64,000 bases of DNA, from the IMG/VR virus record IMGVR_UViG_3300027566_000003. One strand, written 5' to 3'. Shown here piece by piece: positions 44,898 to 58,255 of the stretch (position 1 is its first letter; each line of letters starts with the position of its first letter). This stretch comes from a virus (taxonomy: Duplodnaviria > Caudoviricetes). Below the pieces are notes generated by a model. It ran no database searches. It worked only from the letters and a program-made list of their open reading frames with translations, and was not told the DNA's origin. The translations under genes and the position numbers were made by a program.

Positions 44898-47800
44898 ATT
44901 AATATATTACCATCCTTCTTTTTATTTATTTTATTATCATTGTAATATGTATTTTAAACTTTTAATTCAGTACAATCATATGTATCATCACATCCTTAAC
45001 TTATTAACCCTATGCTATTTAATAACATTTAATGGAGGATAATATTTTTCTAATATCTGATTCCCTTCATCATCTGTTTTAAACTTCATAGCTCCTTTTG
45101 CCATACCCATTGTATGCATTACATAATCATCTACTTTATCTTTCAATTCTTTATTACGTTCCATCATTATCATAAAATTTTGAGTTGTTAAATGAAAGAT
45201 CGGCATACCATTTCTATTATATTTCCAACCCGTATCTTCCCTAGAATCCTCAATACCATTAAAAAGATAATTCCAGTGCTTATAATCTTCTGTATCGTCA
45301 GTCTCATCTTTTATATTTAATTTAGCACTGACATAATTAATGCCGCACAAAGAAGCAAATTCTTCTAGTGATAAATTAATCTTATCATAATAATCACAAA
45401 TATACTCAAGTTTGCCATTTAAGTCAACAATACTATCTTTAGTTGTTTCTAGATTTTGTTCTTCTAAGGATATAAGTTCTAGTAATAGTCGATATTTTGT
45501 ATATTGTTCTGGCGTAAAATCGTTTGTGTTTTTGATTTTATTTTCTTTAATAAATTTAGAATATTCGTTCTTTAAATCTGTTAACTTATTAGAACATTCT
45601 CTTTTATATCTTATTGCATAATCACAATGTCTTTTAATCCAGATAAATTGACTATTATGTTGGTTTAATGTTCGGGGCAACGGAAGCATTTGAATATGTA
45701 ATAATATTGTGTCCTCAAAAGATGCATTTTTGAGTTCTTTTATTATTTCTTTGTCTTTAATTTTGTGAGTAAAGATAATTTTCCTCATCAGTTTTTGTTT
45801 ATATTCTTGTCTTGTCATCAGTATTTCTCCTTTATTTTTCAATTAAAAGTATTATTTGATTTGTTCAAACATATTTTCTAAACTATGTCTTGCAATTGTA
45901 TAAGGACATTTATTACAATCAGTATTCTTACTTTGCATTTCACCAAATGCACATCCGCTTTTGACAAACGTTATAACCATAATCTATCATTGCTATTAAT
46001 GCTCTATATTCGTTTTCAGTTAGTTTTAGATTTATTTCTTTTAGTTTGCTCATTGTAAATCTCCTTGAATTTATTCATCTTCTTCCCAAACTTTAATAAA
46101 TCTTAATGCATCATTAAAACCTTGAATATAATCTTTACTAATATTAGTTTGATTTTTACTAAGATTTCTAATAACTTCTGCTAACGTAGGTTTAATTTCT
46201 CCTTTAAATTCTACGTAACCGCAATTACTATATCCAGAACATCTGTCAATAAATCTATTATGTTTATCCCTATCTGCATGTTCGCAAGTAAAACAATCAT
46301 TATAATTCATAATTACTTTCCTCCAATTTATTTAGAATAAATTCGTAATTTTCTGAGAATTAATCTTCCCATCCAAACAATCCAAAATCATTACACATAT
46401 TGAAATTATCATAAATATATTCTTGCGCTTGATCTTCTGTATCAAATTTTTTATTTAGTATAGTGTAAAACCCTCCGATAGTAAGACCTATATTATATTT
46501 ATTAAATACATTACAGTAATATATTTCTGCTGAAACATTTCGTTTACCTAAATAAATATCTTTTCTCATCTTAGATTCTCCTTTCAAATTAAACTTGTTT
46601 ACACTGATATTCCCAGAATCCCCACTGATCTAAATGCCCGAAACCTCTAGTTAAACAATCAGAAATATCCGTTGAATATTTAATTCTTATATTTTTGTCT
46701 TTTATGTATTGCTCTTGCTGCTCTATGGTCAATAAGTTCCATTGATTAATTGTAATATTATAATTTTTAGGTATATCATCAAAATCTAACTCATAAATAT
46801 CCATCTTAAATCCCCTTTACACCCAAATAATTTTTATTTCATGTGCCATTCTCTCTTTAAACTCCTGGTCAACAGTCTCTAAAGAATTAATATATTGTAT
46901 TACCCATTCTTTACTTTTTTCTCTCTTTTGTTTGCGTTCAATGTATTCTTGATTATTGGAACATACATAAAATTCACTTATTTCAACATCATTAAAATTA
47001 GGTATCCAAGAAAGACGTTGACCGCAAGCAAAAGTTCTATGTTCCCATTGTTGCCCATTACAATGCAACCTAACTTTTAGTTTATCAGAAAACTTATCAA
47101 GTTCAACACGCTCATTTTCTATAATATTACATCCACAAATGGGGCAACTAGTTTCTTTGATATGTCTTAATTCCATTATCTAATCCCTCTTTCTTTTTCG
47201 GCTTAAAATGCATGTTTGATAGTGCTATAGTTTCCTTAAATAATTATTTAACAAGTACATAAAAGTAAATAACCTATTCCTGTCTCCAATCTCGATAGTA
47301 AAACGTTTCTTGTTATCTTTGAAACATTCAAAAACTTGATCCTCTTTAAATCCCTCGCAATATATAGAATTAATTATTTCAGTCTCATCAAACAAACTCA
47401 TAAAGTCTGCATTAATTTCCTTCTCAGATATAACTGATACTTTCCAATTATGAAAATTATTTCTGATTATCATGGATAAATTATATTTTTTCAAATTGAT
47501 TTTATAGACAGGTAGCTTGATTGATTTAGATGTATGAGTGTTGATTACTAAAACTGGATTAGCTTTAAGTTCCTCGTAATTGTCATAGAACAAGTAGTTG
47601 ATGGTATCTCGCACAAAACACACTTGATCTGAGAATCCTTGCTTATAAATCATATTATCGCTAGGACTGTTTACTCTTATCCAAGTGGTTGCATCAATAG
47701 GGAGTCTTTTAGAATAGAATTCTCTAAATTCCTCAACTATTTCTTCAACGGTTTTATTTTCATATTTACTTCTGTCAAAATCCAAGTTATATCGGTTCAA

Positions 47801-50800
47801 TTATAGATATTTCATAGCGATGTTGTTAGCATGACAATAAAAGACCTTAGAAATATCTTCCTCGATAATTGATACAAATTCATATCCTCTTGCTAGGTTG
47901 ATAGCTTCAGCTTGAGCTAATATAATTGCTTGTTCTTGATTCGTTGCAGAGATCTTATATTGATGTTCTACTGTTCCATTTGTTAGGGTTACAATATATT
48001 TACGTGGTATCATTATTGTTCCTCCTCTACTATCAATCTCTGTCCTTTGCCTTCTCCTAACCCAATACCATATTTTTGATAGTGTTCTTCGCACAAATAA
48101 GCCCATTGACCTATTAAATTTGTCTTAGCATCATAATTAGCTTTAGTAAATTTGTCATCTATTTTACAGATATCGCAATAAGGTAATGATGAGACAATTG
48201 CTTCTTTCATTTGTTATATCTCCTTTTGATTATATCATTAAATAACTTTTTTATAATATTCTGTATGACACAAAATTTCCTTATCTCCTACTTGTAATAT
48301 AAAATTTGTACTACTAAGAATCTTTTTTATTTTCCCTGAAATTCTATTGCAGACTATACTTTCTACGTAATCTCCTGGTTTAAAATCCATTTACTTTTAC
48401 CTCCTATAATAGTCATAAAAGAGCGATTTTAAGCTGTTTGTTCTAATTCATTAATAACTTTAAAATCCTCTCCGTCTGCCCATCCTAATGTCCATCCTGC
48501 ATCTAATATATAAGAATATTTAATTTTTCCTGTACTCAACATAATCTCTATTCTAATATCTTTAACTTTTAGTCTTTTCCCTTTTACAAAATGAATACCA
48601 ATATTATAATTATATGAAGTTTGGATATTGCAAGTCATTTCAACTGTATCTCCAATATTAACCTTTGGTTTTAATTCAAACATTTTAAATATTCCCCTTT
48701 CTTAAATACAATCAATGTTATATTTTATCTTACATTCCACTTCATCTGTATACATGCAATCATACTCTTCAGCTAAGTCTCCAGCATAAAAATGTGCTGA
48801 CAAATGAGGATCATGATTTTCAGTTGCCTCTTTCTTGATAAATGACTTTTGTATTTTATCATCTAAATATACATTATAAAGTCCGTTCTCTTCTCTAACG
48901 AATACTCTAGTTGGTAATGCAAATCTCATTTTAATCCATCCTCTCAAATTTTAATTTACTTAATATCTTTACACCAGTTACAATCTAGTAAACTAATCGT
49001 GTTATGACTTAAACAATATTTACCTTGTTTGGTATCGTTTTTCTTTACACAATATCCCCTATGATAACAATCTTCACAAGACTTGTCTTTTTCTTCCCAC
49101 ATCCAATTCATTTTTAAAACTCCTTTCATATTTAGAATAAAATCTGCCTTTTAAACTACATTATCAGAATCAATTATTTCTTCAACCTTATGTTTATATG
49201 TGTATTTGAAAGATTCTGACACATTAACATTAATCCTTTTCCCATTCTTTAATTTAAACACAGTCTTTTCAATTGCACAAGATCCACCACATTTGTTGTA
49301 TTGACTTTCATATCCGTATGATTTTATCTCTTGTATATTTGTATCTGGTAACTGAGAAATTGCCTCTAAACGCCTAAACGCCCTACTAAAATAAACTGGA
49401 AAGCACAATACATTTGCTTTGAACCCTGCCCAACTCCCATCATCGTCGTTTTCTGCCCATCTTTCAATATTGGCAATAATATTACGATTGCCTTTTAATA
49501 TTTCTTTAAATCTGAACAAAGGATTTTTGATTTTTGAAAGATATGTATAGGCATTAAATTGGTCTTCATCCCATGTCCCGAAGTCTACTTTTTGAACTGG
49601 ACTTCTAAAGAATAATCCTTTTTCAATACCCTCTTCAACTTTGATGACAAAGTTTTTATAGTTTTTAACAATAGTTTCAAACATTTAAACACACTCTCCT
49701 CTTTTATTTTTATTTTTATAATAAAAATAAAAATATACTCTTTTAAGAATTAAACCTTAGAAACAAAATCTCCATTCTCATCATAAATATTGATAAAACT
49801 ATAACCAGTTCCTTTAGGATCATAACAAGCAACATAAGTCCAATCTGGATCATTTATTTTCATCACGTTAACAAAAGTTTCTGCTTCAATAGGATTAAAT
49901 AGTTTTTCGTTTGTGTCTAGAGTAACAATTATGTATCACTCCTTAAATATTTATTTCTTGATTACATTATATTACACTTTTAAATAAATTACAATACCTT
50001 CCACGCAATAAATATGGTTTGCTTTTCGTACTTTTAAAGTCTCTGTTTGCGCCTTTGAATTCACAGTCTATCACTTGAAAAATAAACTATACAATAACGT
50101 ACAGTTAGTTTGTGGCAAGGTTTTCACCAGATATAGGAACATTGTTCTTGCTTCACATAATTGTGAAAATTCTCTAACGTCCGTTATTCGGATGTTTGAA
50201 AATCCATGCAATAAATATTAGTTGCTGTTATTGACATCCTACCAAAATAGCATTTTAGTGGATAATCAACAACCAAAAGAAGAATATATTTGATCCTCAA
50301 TATTTAATATGTCTGTTCTACTGAATTCTTTTAAAGTATTGCAAATTGAATCAGCTATATAGAAATTATTATTTTTTCTAATATTTTGCACTTGTGTTCC
50401 ATATCTTAATTGAAGAATTTTTAAAGCTCTCTTTAAAGTTAATTTTTTAGTTCTTTTAATTTCCATCTTAATACACTCCTCATAATTATTTACTAACCCA
50501 TGTTCCCCATATAAACCCACCAACGCCATAACCCATGCTGTTATATAGTCTGCTGTTATAGCGAATATGGGTTTAAATCGTTAGCACTGATTATCTTCCG
50601 AATCCTTTTGGTTGATTAGTAAGAACATAGCATTCAGACATTTTAATTTTACTAGCATCATATCCTACTGCCTCACATGCTTCTTTTAAACTATCACCCT
50701 TTAAGGTCTCAATTTTACCTTCTTTAATCCAGTGTAGTTCATAGTTATACATTCTTAAAACTCCTTTCTAATACGATAAATTTTACTTTTATCGACTTCC

Positions 50801-52700
50801 TATAAATGATAATATCGCTTTACTATTCCTTTTTTCTGCTCTTTCATATCCTGAGCAAGTTATATTTCTTGTTGTTGCTTCTCCATAACCGTTGACAAAC
50901 GTTTTATTATCTTCCGTTTTATTATTTTCGTTTGTTCTATTCGTATCTTTTACCATTCTTTCTAATTCTAATAACTCCTTAATCATACCCTTTAGTTTTT
51001 TACTTCCTTCCCTCCACTCTGCTAAAATTGGATCAGCTTTTTTGTTTAATGGATCTTCATGTGTTGGCATCCAAGAAATTGAATTGTATAGTGCTATATT
51101 TTTATTTCTCTGTTCTTCTATTTTCTTTTTTAATTCTTTTATTCTCATTATACTAACTCCTTTTCTGTTATAACTTCATTTTTATTAATACAAACAATAT
51201 CATTTTGAAATCCAATTAAACTAGGATGAAATTGTAATTTATCCTTACAATTAGGACAGTTTTTTGTATATTTACATTCTTCAATCGTTCCTTCTGTACC
51301 TGCCCACACCCAAATACCTCCTGCATAATTTGAACGCTTATTAACTAATAATTTTGACATTAAAATCATTCCTTTCTTAAATACAATAAATTTTACTTTT
51401 CATTTGGTAATTTCTTAATCAATCTTACTTGATTAACTATAAAGAAAGGAAACCTAAACATTCGTCTTTACCAATTAAAGTCATTTTAACTAACCATTTT
51501 TCACTAGCGTAAATTTCTGGTTCCGTAGTTGTATCCCATGAATATTCGTTACCATCTTGATCCCTAAAGGTATAATTCCATGCCTTTCCTGGGAATCTAT
51601 CACTTGCCATATGGTCATACCAAACTATTACAGGTAATTCAATCCTTTTCTTTTCTACTAGTTTCATAATCTTACACCTCCTTGTTATTTTGATACCACC
51701 TAGCAGGATTGTTATAAACCCTGCTAACGCTCTGAGCTTAAGGCGTATTATACCGACTCAGACCAGTGTTAATGTTTTACATCAAATATTTCTTTCCATT
51801 CTTCATTTTCACAAACATATTCTTCGCTTTTAAGATTAACAGAGTGAAAATTATAATCTTTATCAAAATGTCCATAATACATTTCACCCTCGATAAAACC
51901 ATGAACTGACTTTTTACATATTAACTTAATCATTTTTTAAAACTCCTTTCTATTCCTAGCAAACTTGCTATTGATTGGGTTAAAATTATCTAAACATTCT
52001 TTTTTCTAATAAAATATTATGCTCATCATTAAAAGCATCTGATATTGCTTTTCTTACATATTCGCTATCCATTGCTTTCTTAAATACCTTATCAAAGTCT
52101 TTTTCTGACATTCCCCTGTCAATATATTCATCGAATAATCCCTGTTTAACATCCTTTAAACTCATTTTTAATCATCCTTTCACCCAATGAATTAATAGAT
52201 TTATTGGTATCAAATAACCCTCTCTAATTCCTCTTCCCAATATCCATTACTAGTATTTTCAGTAATTTGAACTACAAATATCTTTCTACCTTTCATAGAT
52301 TTTTGAATTTCGACAATTTCTCCTTTAAGCATACTTTTTCTAATTTTAACTTTATCCCCAATTTTGAAATATTCTATAGTCTCAAAATCCTTCCCAAATA
52401 ATATTTTACATTCCTCATATGAAAAAGGTTCCTCAATAAAAATATCACTATTGTCAATAGTAACGCAATATTCTACATCATCCAATGGAAGAACACATTC
52501 TGATTTATTCTCGATAACTGCAATATCTCCTACCACAATATCTTGGAATATATCAATTGATGAATCATGATTGCTCCAATTAATATCTTTAACATTTACA
52601 ATAGGTAATTTAATTGACATAATAATAATTCCTTCTTTCACTTAATTTAATCGCTGAACCATATAACCTCGGCTGTTATAAAAAATTTGACATATACAAA

Positions 52701-52967
52701 TTATACCACAATCAACTCATCATGCCTAACTAATTCCACCTGCTTATCTGTAAACAAATATTCAAGAATTTTCCTCCTATTCTTTCCGTAAGTAAACAAA
52801 TGAGTTTTAATAAAAGCTTTCTGGCCTCTCCTGACTACATAGCCCTTTGATCTCCAACCTTCAAATGTATCAAGGTTATTTCCGTCATAATTAAATCCTT
52901 TCATAAATGCTTCTTGGGAAATAATCTCTTGATTTGCTTTTTGAATATTGATGCTAGTAATTGACAT
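52701..52967 (-). CDS. ArdC-N-like (ssDNA-binding / anti-restriction) small protein
   Basis: LDTFEGWRSKGYVVRRGQKA...YLFTDKQVE resembles the ArdC N-domain signature. Confidence 0.55.
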   Translation of the reverse strand: MSITSINIQKANQEIISQEAFMKGFNYDGNNLDTFEGWRSKGYVVRRGQKAFIKTHLFTYGKNRRKILEYLFTDKQVELVRHDELIVV

Positions 52968-55377
52968 ATGTATTCCTCCTTTATTTTATACTCAGTTAAC
53001 TTATATACCTTATTACCTACACGCTAATAATAGTATTATATATTATTTTCATATTTATTACTAGCGTGTATCTGGTAAGATATATAAATTATGCTGCAAT
53101 GGATTTCTTAGAAGAAGCGATTAGAACAACCTCAGACAGTGGAAGAATTTTAGTCACAGTTCTGTTATTCCAGACTTTTAGCCGTACTTCAGCATAGGGA
53201 ACAGGTTCAAGTCCTCCAAGATAAGCAATATGGATTATATAGCCTCGGTATGGTCTGAGTGTTCCATGTTCACCGGAATAAATCATTTGTTTGCCCAAAT
53301 AGAGTTCATTTAAATGTGATACAGATATTTTGAGTAATTTCTTTTCACTTTTCATTCTCATTAGTGTAACCTTCTTTCATAATTTTATTTTCTACTTTTT
53401 GAAGATGGCATTGAAAGCAATAAGACCATTGAAATTAGCCGGAACATTTTGACGTTGGCAAATGGATATGTATTGATTAAGGATGAAATATGACATAGTG
53501 TAATCCTCCTTTTTTATTTTTGGATGTATTAAGTTTACATCCTTTACTCAAATTCTATCAACTGTTATTGAGATTTGTGTTATACAGAATTTGAATAAAG
53601 AGCATAAGCTCTTTAATGGTCAATACTTTCATAACTTAAATCTTTGTCTTTGATAAATAATATTACCCTGTCAACTAAGTCTTCAAGTTCCTGCCCATCA
53701 TAATCCTTATAGGAATTAAAGTTAATTTGTTCCGCGAAGGGTTCAATATACTTTGTAACTCTTTCTTCAAATTCAAAAATGGAATCACCATCATTATATT
53801 TGCGGTAATAGATTTTAGAGATTGTTATAAACAAATTCATATATTTGTTAGTGGTGTAACCATAGTCAGGCATTAACTCATTTAATTTGTTCACATCTTC
53901 TTGATATTTACCATTCTTTCCCCAATATGAATTTTTAAAACAAAATTCCATTTAATCCAACTCCCTTTAAATTATTTTAGGTATCAATGCCCTCTAAACT
54001 CCCCAAACTCACAAGTCTTGACGTTATGTTGTTATTGCTTGTTTGGAGGTCTTAGAGGGCATTGACTGCCCTAACGAGTCATATCAATAATTCTAAAATA
54101 ACTTTTAGCATCTTCCTCAGTATTAGCTTTGATTTTGCCCATTATTTGGTTTTGTTTTGCCCATGCTTCATTGTCTGTTAATTTAATGTTTACATTTCGC
54201 GTTCCCATGTGTACTACTTCAGCCACAACAAAGAAAGTTTTTGAACCGTTACCGATTTTAAACATTGTTATTCCTCCTTATTTATAATCATTTAAAATTC
54301 GTGATTGGTGGGTAATTTTTTAAATAAGTCTGGCTGCCTTTGCTTTTCTAAATAGGTTGAAACAATGTTGACAAGACTTAATATTTTTTTGACCTATTTT
54401 TTCACATTTTTTACATTCCGATAAACTAATACATGTTCGGAAACCTTCGGGAATTATTAATTCTTCAGATGTGTTGCTTTCCGACTCGCTTATTCGTTTA
54501 TCCTTAAATTCATATATATTTCCCATTTACTATACCCCTTTCCCAATTCTTTTAACATTATATGCTAAATCCTCTAAAATATTTTGGAAATCTCCTCTAG
54601 TCATTTTGTCTTTTTTCTCCTCAATAATGTCTAGGTATCGTTCGATAATATTTGTTTCAATTCCCTTTGCCATTTTGCTTTTTGCAATCTCTAGTTTTTG
54701 AATTTCAGAATTAAATTTGTTAAGTTCATCTAAATCTAGATACATTTAATACACTTCCTTTCTTTACTTCGAAATTAAGCAAGTAACATTTGTTATTGTT
54801 ATATGTTACCTGCCCACCATCGACACAAAGAAGGGTTATTAACCGTGTTTTGAACACCATTCACTCTGTGCATGTCTGGCCTTTCTAAAAATAGATGCCA
54901 TTCTTGCATCATTTTCGACTTCATCCTTAGTCATTCCTAGAGCATCTAACGTAGGCTCTATATCCCATGTTATGCAATATTCATGATTACCTAGTTCATA
55001 ATCAAACATATCATAAAGGAATTGATCATCTTTTCTTGCTTGCTTCATTTCTTCTTCATGTCTGTTGATGATTGAATGAAGTTCTTTAACATCAGTTTTC
55101 CTGTAGTAACCACCGCCACCAGTTTTATAAAGCTTATCAGTTTCAGAAGGATTTAACCCTAGTTTGTTCATACCTTCTTCAAATTGAGCATTTGAGAAAG
55201 CAAAGAACATAGGGAAATTATTGATGTCCTCTTGGTGTTGGTCTTTTAATGCCTTGTATAAATTCATGTTAATACACTCTCCTTTGATTTGTTATAGGCC
55301 AATTGTTATATAATTTCCATAATCAGCCTTTTTCAATCCGTAACCACTATATACATTATAGCATATTTTACGGACTC

Positions 55378-55402
55378 AAAAAGGGAATTATGTCAATTCC
55401 CT
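55378..55402 (-). terminator. Intrinsic terminator after dnaN
   Basis: AGGGAATT/AATTCCCT stem with a U run on the minus strand. Confidence 0.65.
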
Positions 55403-55419
55403 AAATTTTATTTTATAAT

Positions 55420-56508
55420 TTATGCTGCCGTATTTAATCTTTTCATGTCTTTTATTCTGACAGGTAAAACAATTGAATTATTAAAACTAATTGGAGAATA
55501 TGCGCCATTGAATTTTATTTCAATCTCTTCCCCTTCTACATTCTTTAGTGCATCAGTCAAAAGCTTATAAGATACTGCCATACATTCTATGAGTTCGCCT
55601 GTTATGTCAGATTCTATATTCAGCGTTACTGCGTTGCCTTCAGCCATTGCATCAAAGTATATAGCATTCTGTTCGACTGCTAAAGTTATGACTCCATTTG
55701 ATTGTTTGGCAAGTTCTTCAATGAATGAAAGTTCGTCAAGTAATTTTTTAACATTTAATTTTACATTCGTTTTGTGGTCTTGAGGAAGAACTTGCTTATA
55801 GTTTAAAAAATCACCTTCAATCAATCGAGTAATAACTAAAGTGTTTTGGAATTCAAGTTTTAAGTATTTGCACTTTTTATCGACTGATACTATAACAGGA
55901 AACCCGCTAACTTTTTTATCAAGTAGAGATCCAATTAACAATTTTGTGGTTTGCAAAGGAATTATAATTTGTTTATCAAGAGTATTAACGATTTGAGCTT
56001 TATACCATGCTAATCTATGTGTATCTGTTGAAAGGAAAGTATTTTGATCGATGCATACTCCATTAAATACTGGTCTATTGTCTTCGATAGCTGAAGCATA
56101 ATTAACCGAAAAAGCTTTGATTAATTCGGGTTGTGAAATTGTAAAGGCTGTGAACGTACATTCGTCGTGTGTTATCGGGAATTCTTCAGGATCGATTGAA
56201 GTGAATTTTAAAGTTTTATTTCCCGCTTGGATAAGGTTTTCACTTATCACAATTTCGTATGTATTTTTTAATTTTGCGATAAGTTTTAATGTCTCATTAC
56301 TTAGTAACATTTCGCCTGATTCCATGATACTACCTGACAGAGTAAAGACAGTTACAACCTCTAAATTATTCGCGGTCACTGTTATTGCTCCAGTAAGCGT
56401 GGAGAACTTGACAGAATGTAATACTGGAAGCTTTGAACCTTTTGCTATAACTTTTTGAGCTTTTTTGATAACTTCTTGAAGTTCGGAAACGTTTAAGGAT
56501 ATTTTCAT
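55420..56508 (-). CDS. dnaN: DNA polymerase III beta sliding clamp
   Basis: LPVLHSV...ANNLE...DPEEFP...EDNRPVFNGV...STDTHRLA...RLIEGDFLNYKQVLP...SIVLPVR. Confidence 0.93.
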   Translation of the reverse strand: MKISLNVSELQEVIKKAQKVIAKGSKLPVLHSVKFSTLTGAITVTANNLEVVTVFTLSGSIMESGEMLLSNETLKLIAKLKNTYEIVISENLIQAGNKTLKFTSIDPEEFPITHDECTFTAFTISQPELIKAFSVNYASAIEDNRPVFNGVCIDQNTFLSTDTHRLAWYKAQIVNTLDKQIIIPLQTTKLLIGSLLDKKVSGFPVIVSVDKKCKYLKLEFQNTLVITRLIEGDFLNYKQVLPQDHKTNVKLNVKKLLDELSFIEELAKQSNGVITLAVEQNAIYFDAMAEGNAVTLNIESDITGELIECMAVSYKLLTDALKNVEGEEIEIKFNGAYSPISFNNSIVLPVRIKDMKRLNTAA

Positions 56509-56863
56509 AAGTTTTAACCTCTTTCGTTTTTTATTTTAGAGTTTATACTCTCCAAGGTATTTCAACTTTTTGTTATTGAAATACCCTAGAGAACATAATC
56601 CAACCAAAACATGATTTGAAGGGATTAAAAGTTTAATATTATGCCAACTGATAATAATTTCTCTCTTCTCATTTTAATGTATTTTCTAATTGATTCGCTA
56701 CATACATTATAGCGATATTTCCAAACTGAATGTGCTATATCGCTTGAAAATCCATCGTAAGATATTGACATATGATTCATTTTTTCAACTCCTTTGAATT
56801 TTTCCGAGTACACAAAGGGACTTTTTAAGCCCCTTTTGCATAATAATAAAACTCTTTAGGAGA

Positions 56864-58255
56864 TTAAGCAACATTATTAACAATGTTTAGGATTGCTTTT
56901 GCTTCTTCTTGGAATTTCTGTTCCTGTTCTTGATCATCGGCAGTCTGTTCTTCAGTTTGTTCTTGGTTTTCTTCGCTCAACTCTTCTTGGACTGCTGTTA
57001 TAACAGGTTCGAGGTTTTCAGTTTGTTGAGGTTGTTCCCATGGTTCTTCCTCTTGTTCAATTTCTTTCTCTTCATCCTCCTGGTTGGGAGAATATGAACT
57101 TAGTTTCCCCAATTCCGCATTGATTGCATTCAAGCGCATTTCTACACGTTTTAAATCAATGGCCTTATCTTGTAATCCTTCCTTATACTCCTTAGTTGGA
57201 GCTTGGAAGAAATTATAAGCCCATGCAGAAAACTCTTCAACGTCAACATTATTTTTTACTGCCACATAAGCAGAATATACTAACATAGTTGTACAGGTTT
57301 TATTTAGCCAAGTATAGCGATAAGTCGAATAGTTTTTAACCCTTTTATTCCCTTCTTTCTCGTCGGTTTTCTTTTTGTTGCTAATCCAAATTTCTGTTGC
57401 TTCTGAAAGATAATTGGAAGTATTTATCATATCATCCTCAATTTCTTCGGGTACTCCCAATTCTCTGAAACCATAGATCACCTTGTCAATGTTGTCCTTA
57501 GATAGTTCAATGGCCCCGCCATTATGTATTAGCGTGATGACTTGAGAAAGAATCTCGTCTCCTGCGTTTCCTTTTGCCGATAGTGGGGGTAAAGCGTGTA
57601 AAATCCAATCACTATTTAAAATAAGTCTGAATAATTTACGTGTATTACTCCCCATTGCTGCCTTGCGAATTTCGGCAGGTTTTAACCCTTTGGCTCCTGA
57701 ATTCATTTGCACGAATGCTTTTTCTGCATCTTCTTCAGAACAATTATTCATTGTTGTTATGCGAAGCTGATAACCTTTGATGATGTCCTGCCACAATTCC
57801 GGCAATTGGGAAAATGTTTTTCCGTGAAGCGTTTCCATAGCGTTAAATTGCTCGCCTTCGATTGTAAATTTCGGGAACATGGTTTTTGACATGTCAAGTT
57901 TAAATCCATCATTGATAAAAAGGAAAATGGAGGTTAAACGCTGCTGACCGTCAACAGTTTTGCGGAATTGACTCTTATCATCTGCGCGGTAGACTGTTAC
58001 TTCAGGGACTGGATTTTTGAGAAGCAGAGTTTGAATAAGGTTTGAAGCCCTCCATATTTCCCAAACATAACCACGTTGTGATTCCATGAAATCACGAAGG
58101 GTTTTAAGCTCTTTCCCTTCGCTTTCCTTTTTTGTGACAAGGAAATTTTGGAGATATTTGCCAACAGTGTAGTATTGTTTTTCAATGTGTTCGATAAGAG
58201 TTTTAATGTCGCGTTTTTCAGTGGTAAAAGTGATTTCTTTCTTTTCTTCAGACAT
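56864..58255 (-). CDS. DUF262 (ParB-like, GmrSD N-terminal family) protein with acidic C-terminal tail
   Basis: QRGYVW, SNLIQTLL..NPVP, VDGQQRLTSI, F..MNSG..L.PAEIR; start MSEEKK (Met18 of track ORF) with SD AAGGAGG. Confidence 0.85.
   Translation of the reverse strand: MSEEKKEITFTTEKRDIKTLIEHIEKQYYTVGKYLQNFLVTKKESEGKELKTLRDFMESQRGYVWEIWRASNLIQTLLLKNPVPEVTVYRADDKSQFRKTVDGQQRLTSIFLFINDGFKLDMSKTMFPKFTIEGEQFNAMETLHGKTFSQLPELWQDIIKGYQLRITTMNNCSEEDAEKAFVQMNSGAKGLKPAEIRKAAMGSNTRKLFRLILNSDWILHALPPLSAKGNAGDEILSQVITLIHNGGAIELSKDNIDKVIYGFRELGVPEEIEDDMINTSNYLSEATEIWISNKKKTDEKEGNKRVKNYSTYRYTWLNKTCTTMLVYSAYVAVKNNVDVEEFSAWAYNFFQAPTKEYKEGLQDKAIDLKRVEMRLNAINAELGKLSSYSPNQEDEEKEIEQEEEPWEQPQQTENLEPVITAVQEELSEENQEQTEEQTADDQEQEQKFQEEAKAILNIVNNVA

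Noticed and set aside
50539-55309. TGTTAT pairs as WalR/OmpR-type DNA boxes
   Set aside because: Spacing between copies varies (0, 2, 8, 9 bp) rather than the fixed 5 bp, which fits a single-stranded loop motif better
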